A stretch of 64,000 bases of DNA from an uncultured Alphaproteobacteria bacterium (GTDB taxonomy: Bacteria; Pseudomonadota; Alphaproteobacteria; Rhizobiales; Hyphomicrobiaceae): assembly GCA_963735125.1 (NCBI GenBank), contig CAVTJY010000003.1:2615-66614 (forward strand). Direction: 5' to 3'. Under the pieces are notes generated by a model, which was not told the DNA's origin, made no database searches, and saw only the letters and a program-made list of their open reading frames with translations. How positions within the stretch are numbered: the stretch's first letter is position 1; each line of letters begins with the position of its first letter. Of this stretch, positions 58,339 through 64,000 are shown in pieces. Position numbers and translations under genes: made by a program.

Positions 58339-59651
58339 ATGAACAGCCTATTGAGATGCACAGCGATCGTTGCCGGCCTCCTGGCCGGTACGCCTGCGGT
58401 TGCTCAAACCGAAATCCAGTTCTGGCACGCGATGGCCGGTGAGATGGGCCAGCGCGTGGAAAAGCTCGCAAATGATTTCAACAACTCGCAGAAGGACTTC
58501 AAAGTCGTCGCCGTCTACAAGGGCACCTACCCCGAGGTCATGACCGGGGCGATTGCAGCATACCGCGCCAAGCAGGCACCGCACATCGTGCAGGTCTTCG
58601 AGGTCGGCACCGCGACGATGATGGCGGCCAAAGGCGCCATCTATCCCATGCATGAGCTTATGAAGGACGGCGGGGTCCCCTTCGACCCATCCAGCTATCT
58701 CCCCGCGGTGTCCGGATATTTCTCGGATGTGAAGGGCAACATGCTGTCCTTTCCGTTCAATTCCTCGACGCCGATCCTCTACTACAACAAGGACCTCTTC
58801 AAGAAGGCCGGCCTCGATCCCGAGACGCCGCCCAAGACGTTCACGGACGTAGAGGCGTTTGCAAAGAAACTGCAGGCGGCGGGCGTGCCATGCGGCTTCA
58901 CGACCGAGTGGCCATCGTTCATGCAGTTCGAGAACCTCTCCGCCTATCACAACCAGCCGATCTCCACGCAGGAGAACGGCTTTGCCGGCCTTGACGCCGA
59001 GTTGAAACTGAACGGGCCTGTCCAGGTCAAGCACTCTGCAGAACCTCGTCGATTGGCAGAAGACGAAGATCTTCGACTACGGCGGTCGCGGCGACAGTTC
59101 GAAGCCGAAGTTCTTCTCGGGTGAATGCGGGATGACGGTGTCATCCGCCGCGGCGCGCCTTGGCATCATCACCAACATGAAAGTCGATGTCGGCATGGCG
59201 CTCCTGCCCTACTACGCCGACGTGAAAGGGGCGCCGCAGAACTCGATCATCGGCGGGGCGAGCCTGTGGGTTCTGCGCGGGCAGAAGCCGGAGGACTACA
59301 AGGGCGTCGCTCAGTTCTTCGCGCATCTCTCCCAGCCTGAGGTGCAGGCCTGGTGGCACCAGCAGACCGGCTACCTGCCGATCACCACGGCCGCCTACGA
59401 GCTGACCCGCAAGCAGGGCTTCTACGACAAGAACCCAGGCACCGACGTCGCCGTGCGAGGAGATCAATCTCAATCCGCCGACCGAGAACTCGAAGGGTTT
59501 GCGCCTCGGCAACTTCGTGCAGATCCGGGCCATCGTCGAGGAAGAGGTGGAGAACGCTCTGCAAGGCAAGAAGACGCCGCAACAGGCCCTTGACGCGGCC
59601 GTCTCGCGCGGCAACGAACTGCTGCGTCAGTTCCAGAAGTCCAACTCCTGA
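58339..59651 (+). pseudogene. ugpB: sn-glycerol-3-phosphate-type ABC substrate-binding protein UgpB; 2 frame breaks (~59046, ~59455)
   Basis: Collinear with E. coli UgpB from memory: IQFWHAMAGEMG..., [114 protein letters not shown]. Confidence 0.9.
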
Positions 59652-59702
59652 AGCGCACGGGCAGCCGCATCTGCGGCTGCCCCCGCCACCACGTCACGAC
59701 CT

Positions 59703-60583
59703 ATGCGTAAGCGCGCCATATTCCCTGGCTTCACGGTGCCGGTGCTTTTGCTGGCGCCGCAGCTGCGATTACGTTCGTCTTCTTCGTCTGGCCCTCGATC
59801 CAGTCGTTGCGCAGCTCGCTGTTTCGCCAGGACGCATTCGGGATCTCCGAGGAATTCGTCGGCCTCGACAATTTCGCCCGACTGCTCGCCGACCCGGACT
59901 ACGGCTACGCCTTCGGGCTGACGCTGTTCTTCGCAGCGGCGACGACAGCGCTGTCGATGGGCTTTGCCCTGCTCTTTGCGGTGCTGGCCGACGGCGTCGT
60001 CAAGGGTGCCTCCATCTACAAGTCGCTGCTCATCTGGCCCTACGCCGTGGCCCCTGCTATTGCCGGGGTACTGTGGTGGTTCCTGTTCAATCCGACCATC
60101 GGCGTCCTTTCGCGCGGACTGGCGCAGATCGGCGTCGACTGGAACCATCATCTCAACTCCGGCCAGGCACTTACTCTGGTGATCATTGCGTCGGCATGGA
60201 AGCAGCTGAGCTACAACTTCCTGTTCTTCCTTGCCGGCCTGCAAACGATCCCGAAGTCGCTTCTGGAAGCCGCGGCTCTCGACGGTGCCGGCGGCTTCGT
60301 GCGCTTCAGGAGGATCGTGTTCCCCTTGCTGATGCCGACGACCTTCTTCCTGACCGTGACGAACCTGGTCTACGCCTTCTGCGACACGTTTGCGGTGATC
60401 CACGCAACCACGGGCGGCGGACCTGGCAACGCTACGACCACGCTGATCTTCAAGATCTACCGGGACGGGTTCGAGTCGCTCGACCTCGGCAGCTCGGCCG
60501 CGCAGTCCGTCATCCTGATGCTTCTGGTTGGCACCCTCACCATCATCCAGTTCCGCTACATCGAGCGCAATATCCACTACTGA
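59703..60583 (+). pseudogene. ugpA: ABC permease UgpA; one frame break at ~59764
   Basis: MRKRAIFPGFTVPVLLLAPQL | (A)ITFVFFVWPSIQSLRSSLFRQD..., then ORF 59807..60583 with the EAA-type loop LLEAAALDGAGGFVRFRRIVFPLL. Confidence 0.85.
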
Positions 60584-60590
60584 GCCAGTG

Positions 60591-61433
60591 ATGAAGAGCC
60601 CACCCGTCAGCGTCATCGCCAGTCATGCCGTGCTGATCTTTGGCGCGGCGCTGATGGTGTTTCCCGTCTACATGGCGTTTGTCGCCTCGACCCACGATCT
60701 GTCTCGCACTTTGACAGGCCTGCCGCTGTGGCCGGGAGCGCACCTGCTCGAGAACTACGGCCAGTTGCTCGGCGAGGGCATGCGGTCGCATGGTCTGCCG
60801 CCTATTGGACCGATGCTGGTAAACAGCTTCATCGTCGCGCTCGCCATCACCTTCGGCAAAATCAGCGTTTCGATCCTCTCGGGTTTCGCCATCACGTACT
60901 TCGCATTTCCGCTGCGGTGGCTGGCATTCTGGGTCATCTTTGCGACCCTGATGCTTCCGGTCGAGGTGCGCATCCTGCCCACCTACGAGGTCGTCGCGGG
61001 TTTCGGCCTGCTGGACAGCTACACCGGGCTGTCACTTCCTCTCATCGCAAGTGCAACGGCCACGTTCCTGTTCCGCCAGGTTTTCATGACAGTGCCTGAC
61101 GAATTGGCAGAGGCCGCCCGTATTGATGGGGCCGGTCCCTGGCGCTTCCTCTGGTACATCCTGATCCCGATATCGCGCACCAACATCGCCGCGCTGTTTG
61201 TCATCACTTTCATCTATGGCTGGAACCAGTATCTGTGGCCCCTGCTTATGACGAAAGATGTATCCTACTACACCGTCATCATGGGCATTCAGCGCATGGC
61301 CCGTGCCTCTGACTTCCAGCCGCAATGGCATCTCGTTATGGCGACGTTGATTTTGGCGCTACTGCCGCCCGTGATCGTGGTGGCCGTCATGCAGAGACAG
61401 TTCGTCAAAGGGCTGTTTGAGGCAGACAAATGA
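60591..61433 (+). CDS. ugpE: ABC permease UgpE
   Basis: Intact. EAA loop LAEAARIDGAGPWRFLWYILIPISR. Start at MKSPP inside ORF 60528..61433. Confidence 0.85.
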   Translation: MKSPPVSVIASHAVLIFGAALMVFPVYMAFVASTHDLSRTLTGLPLWPGAHLLENYGQLLGEGMRSHGLPPIGPMLVNSFIVALAITFGKISVSILSGFAITYFAFPLRWLAFWVIFATLMLPVEVRILPTYEVVAGFGLLDSYTGLSLPLIASATATFLFRQVFMTVPDELAEAARIDGAGPWRFLWYILIPISRTNIAALFVITFIYGWNQYLWPLLMTKDVSYYTVIMGIQRMARASDFQPQWHLVMATLILALLPPVIVVAVMQRQFVKGLFEADK

Positions 61434-61591
61434 GCGTGTCCGGAAGCCCCGAAGCGAACAATCGCCAATTGCAGCAGGCGCCGGGTAGCGCCGCAAGACG
61501 CGATTGAATGAGTCGTGCCGAGGTGGCCGACGCGACTCCTTGTGATCTCCGGAGTACCGCGCGCCCTTGACGCCGCTCGCGCAATGGATTG

Positions 61592-62233
61592 TCAGTCGAC
61601 GCAAGGTATCGTGATCACGACGAATGGCAGCCGCACCGTGCAGTCTTTCTGCTTGTCGTAGGCTGCCGTGTCGCGCCTGGCTGGCTTGGCTTCTGGCGAA
61701 GCCGGGATTTCAGCAGGGCGCGGGGTCAGGCTTGCTGCCGCAGGAGCCTTCTCTGCCGGAGCAACCTTCTCTTCAGGGGTCTTCGCAACGACAGGCTCCA
61801 AAGGCGCCAGTGATGGGTTGGAACCGCATCTTTGCAGGTCGGCCGGAGCGCGCGTCCATATCATGGTCTCGCTCAGAAACTTCATACCCGCATAGCCCAT
61901 CACCTTCAGCTTCTGATCGGTTTGCTGTGTGATCTCCACATCGTACTTGGCGTCCTTCTCGGGGTCGTAGACCCAGCCGCCATCCCACTTCCCGCTCGTC
62001 ATCGGCTTGACGTTGCCGATCACCTGCCGGCCGCAGGTCGAAAGGTCGGCCGCATCCTTCAGCCAAACGATGTGCCCGCAAAGCTTGCCGCCGCAGTCGG
62101 TAATCTCCACCGCGCCACGGCCTGTGTGATCGAGCCAAACGCCGGTGGGGCTGGACGCGGCAAGAACGGGATGGCAGGCCAGCGTGAGGCCAATGATCAA
62201 CGGTGCGATCGCGCGCCTGGTTATCGTGGTCAT
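61592..62233 (-). CDS. DUF2147-domain periplasmic protein with a Pro/Ala/Glu-rich C-terminal tail
   Basis: Signal peptide, then GVWLDHTGRGAVEITDCGGKLCGHIVWLKD...GKWDGGWVYDPEKDAKYDVEIT...KLKVMGY. Confidence 0.7.
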   Translation of the reverse strand: MTTITRRAIAPLIIGLTLACHPVLAASSPTGVWLDHTGRGAVEITDCGGKLCGHIVWLKDAADLSTCGRQVIGNVKPMTSGKWDGGWVYDPEKDAKYDVEITQQTDQKLKVMGYAGMKFLSETMIWTRAPADLQRCGSNPSLAPLEPVVAKTPEEKVAPAEKAPAAASLTPRPAEIPASPEAKPARRDTAAYDKQKDCTVRLPFVVITIPCVD

Positions 62234-62526
62234 GGATCTTACCTCGGTCGGTTTCGTGCCGTGGACGTTAGCCTGTGCAGCCCTGTTGATAGTCAGGCCG
62301 ACCGCAGCCAGCTGTTACCCTTGATACAAGTCGCGATGGATTGTCGCCCGCGTGCTGTGGCTTGCATCGGAGGCTGGCGGCCGACCCTGGCCGCGGCGCC
62401 TCGCGACCGAGCGGCGAACCTCACCCGCGAGAACAACAGCGATCGGCCTGTTCCCGGCGGAACTTCGCAGCAAGTCCGTACCGCCCTACGGTCCACCATC
62501 AACCTTGAAAACAGGGCTCGTGGACC

Positions 62527-63405
62527 ATGACCGGAACAAGCACCACTTTCAAAATCGCCGGCGGCAAGACCGGCGTTCTCCTGATCCACGGCCTGTGCGG
62601 GACGCCCGCCGAGGTGCGCTACGTGGCGATGGGCCTGGCCCGCGCCGGCTACACCGTGCACTGCCCGCAACTTGCCGGCCACGGCGGCAGCCGCGCCGAC
62701 GTCGTGAAAACGGGCTGGAAGGATTGGTATCGGAGCGCCGAGGACGCACTGATCGAGCTGCGCAAGGAATGCGACACGGTGATTGTGGGCGGCCTCTGCC
62801 TTGGCAGCATCATTGGCCTGCACTTGGCCATCAGGCATCCGGAGAAGGTACAGGGCATCTCGTTGTTCGCCCCGACCCTTTGGATCAACGGCTGGGCGAT
62901 GCCGTGGTATATGAAGCTGTTCAGCCTGGTCCGATACAAATGGATGGCGAACCTGATGCAGTTTCCCGACGCCGCGTCGCTTGGGATCAAGTGCCCGCGC
63001 GTTCGGGAGTTCGTCCGGCTGGCCCTGGCGACTGCCGACGGTCCGGAGGTGGGCACGACCGGCACGCCGGCCGCCATGGTGCTCGAGCACCGCTGGATGG
63101 TCGAGGCGGCGATGAAGGATCTGGGCAAGGTCGAGCAGCCGACGCTGATCGTGCATTCGCGTGAGGACGATCATGCCGACCTCAACAACGCCGTCTACCT
63201 GCAAAGGACGCTCGGCGGCTCCGTCGACGTGGTGATTCTGAACGACAGCTATCACATGGTGACGCTCGACAAGCAGCGCCAGGTGGTCGTCGACAAGACG
63301 CGCGCGTTCATCGACCGGGTGGTGAGCGACCTGCAGCCGCTAGCCTTCAAGGCGACGCCGATCAGCGCCTACCGCAACCGCCCGGCAATGACGGTCGTCG
63401 CCTGA
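62527..63405 (+). CDS. Alpha/beta-hydrolase (carboxylesterase/lysophospholipase-like)
   Basis: GVLLIHGLCGTPAEV, nucleophile elbow-like GGLCLGS, and C-terminal D/H candidates (HSREDDHAD, NDSYHMV). Intact, 292 aa. Confidence 0.75.
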   Translation: MTGTSTTFKIAGGKTGVLLIHGLCGTPAEVRYVAMGLARAGYTVHCPQLAGHGGSRADVVKTGWKDWYRSAEDALIELRKECDTVIVGGLCLGSIIGLHLAIRHPEKVQGISLFAPTLWINGWAMPWYMKLFSLVRYKWMANLMQFPDAASLGIKCPRVREFVRLALATADGPEVGTTGTPAAMVLEHRWMVEAAMKDLGKVEQPTLIVHSREDDHADLNNAVYLQRTLGGSVDVVILNDSYHMVTLDKQRQVVVDKTRAFIDRVVSDLQPLAFKATPISAYRNRPAMTVVA

Positions 63406-63449
63406 GCCCGCACAAATACCTGAGCCCCGTGTTTCTCAGCGCTGGAGAG

Positions 63450-64000
63450 ATGCCATGTGTAGTGCTTCTCACGCGTCCGGCGCGCACGCTGTCGAGCGCT
63501 CCGACTACTCCGCCCTCGTCGGCCGCGCGGAAAGGCCGCCGTCATCCGCTGCGGGGCCTCGTCACCGCAATCGCGAGCATGCTGTCGATGATCTTCGTCG
63601 GCGTGTGCTGGTTCTTCTATTGGTTCAGCGCCATACCGGCCGCCATCACGGCCCTGGTCATTCCGAGATCGGTGCTGGAGAGGCACCCCCTGTTTTGGCT
63701 CAGCAGCGCTTCCATAGGGCTGGCCTGCCTCACGCAAACCATCGACACGTTCTTTCCCAACTACCTCGACCCGCGCGAGCGTGCTATGCGAGGTCGCGGT
63801 CTGGTTCGGCATCGGCTTTCTCGCGCGCGCCTACCTGGCCTACACCCAGATCCCCGACACCTTCGACGGTGTTCGCGCCGCGATCGCCAGCCGAAAAATC
63901 GACAGGTGGTTCGAAAGTGTGCTGCCCAACTCCATCGATGCGATCTTCACGCGCATCTGGGTGGGCAACTCGATCGTCATACTGCCGCTGATCGTCCTGC
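63450..64000 (+). CDS. Integral membrane protein, 5' part (runs off the window); probable frame break at ~63775
   Basis: An open frame from ATG 63450, not in the ORF track because it has no stop: ...LVTAIASMLSMIFVGVCWFFYWFSAIPAAITALVIPRSVLERHPLFWLSSASIGLACLTQTIDTFFPNYLDP. A hydrophobic continuation (EVAVWFGIGFLARAYLAYTQIPDTF...IWVGNSIVILPLIV) is in another frame. I cannot assign a family. Confidence 0.35.
   Translation, partial: MPCVVLLTRPARTLSSAPTTPPSSAARKGRRHPLRGLVTAIASMLSMIFVGVCWFFYWFSAIPAAITALVIPRSVLERHPLFWLSSASIGLACLTQTIDTFFPNYLDPRERAMRGRGLVRHRLSRARLPGLHPDPRHLRRCSRRDRQPKNRQVVRKCAAQLHRCDLHAHLGGQLDRHTAADRP

Noticed and set aside
61430-61507. 25-codon ORF ATGA-coupled to ugpE, a possible ugpC remnant or leader peptide
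   Set aside because: No Walker A or any ABC motif, and it is too short to assign. It is mentioned only under the ugpC-absence finding.
1-64000. Search for CRISPR arrays, rRNA, tRNA/tmRNA, and toxin-antitoxin or defence-system gene pairs
   Set aside because: I found no regularly spaced direct repeats, no rRNA-like conserved blocks and no cloverleaf candidates. No gene pair has restriction, Abi, CBASS, retron or TA hallmarks. The accessory DNA here is IS/integrase debris rather than a defence island.

Overview
High-GC (~64-65%) alphaproteobacterial chromosomal segment, Rhizobiales/Bradyrhizobiaceae-like by gene content and repeat style. Order of content: (1) a GntR-linked peptide/opine-type ABC importer (0-6.7 kb). 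(2) An IS1182-family insertion abutting an autotransporter stump (6.9-9.3 kb). (3) A decayed accessory patch with two broken Crp/Fnr paralogues, a DUF3494 protein, an extreme G-rich tract and an integrase/multicopper-oxidase/DUF3141 fragment mosaic (10.4-15.6 kb). (4) A quinone reductase, an amino-acid permease, a kinase-like gene and a Pat-like acetyltransferase (15.8-22.1 kb). (5) A microoxic-respiration island: hybrid FixL, OmpR-type FxkR-like regulator, usp, fixK, ccoNOQP and fixGHIS, with a K-box-like repeat and FixK boxes (22.1-35.7 kb). (6) FixK-box-linked genes of unknown function, AraC and FixJ-like regulators, and hydrolases (35.9-46.8 kb). (7) An arsR-arsC(fusion)-gapdh-arsJ arsenate cluster (46.9-50.2 kb). 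(8) Assorted redox and cell-wall genes, then LysR-enolase-ugpBAE without ugpC (50.5-61.4 kb). I found no rRNA, tRNA or CRISPR. Main caveat: by manual reading there are roughly 50-60 single-base frame disruptions, concentrated at ~8.5-35.7 kb, with flanking motifs still intact. They look more like consensus indel errors than real decay, so every 'pseudogene' call here is provisional. Most interesting points: the hFixL/FxkR/K-box/FixK wiring, three identical FixK boxes, a covarying double-hairpin repeat family inserted in the fix operons, and the arsRC-gapdh-arsJ module. I did not find a clearly novel multi-gene system.
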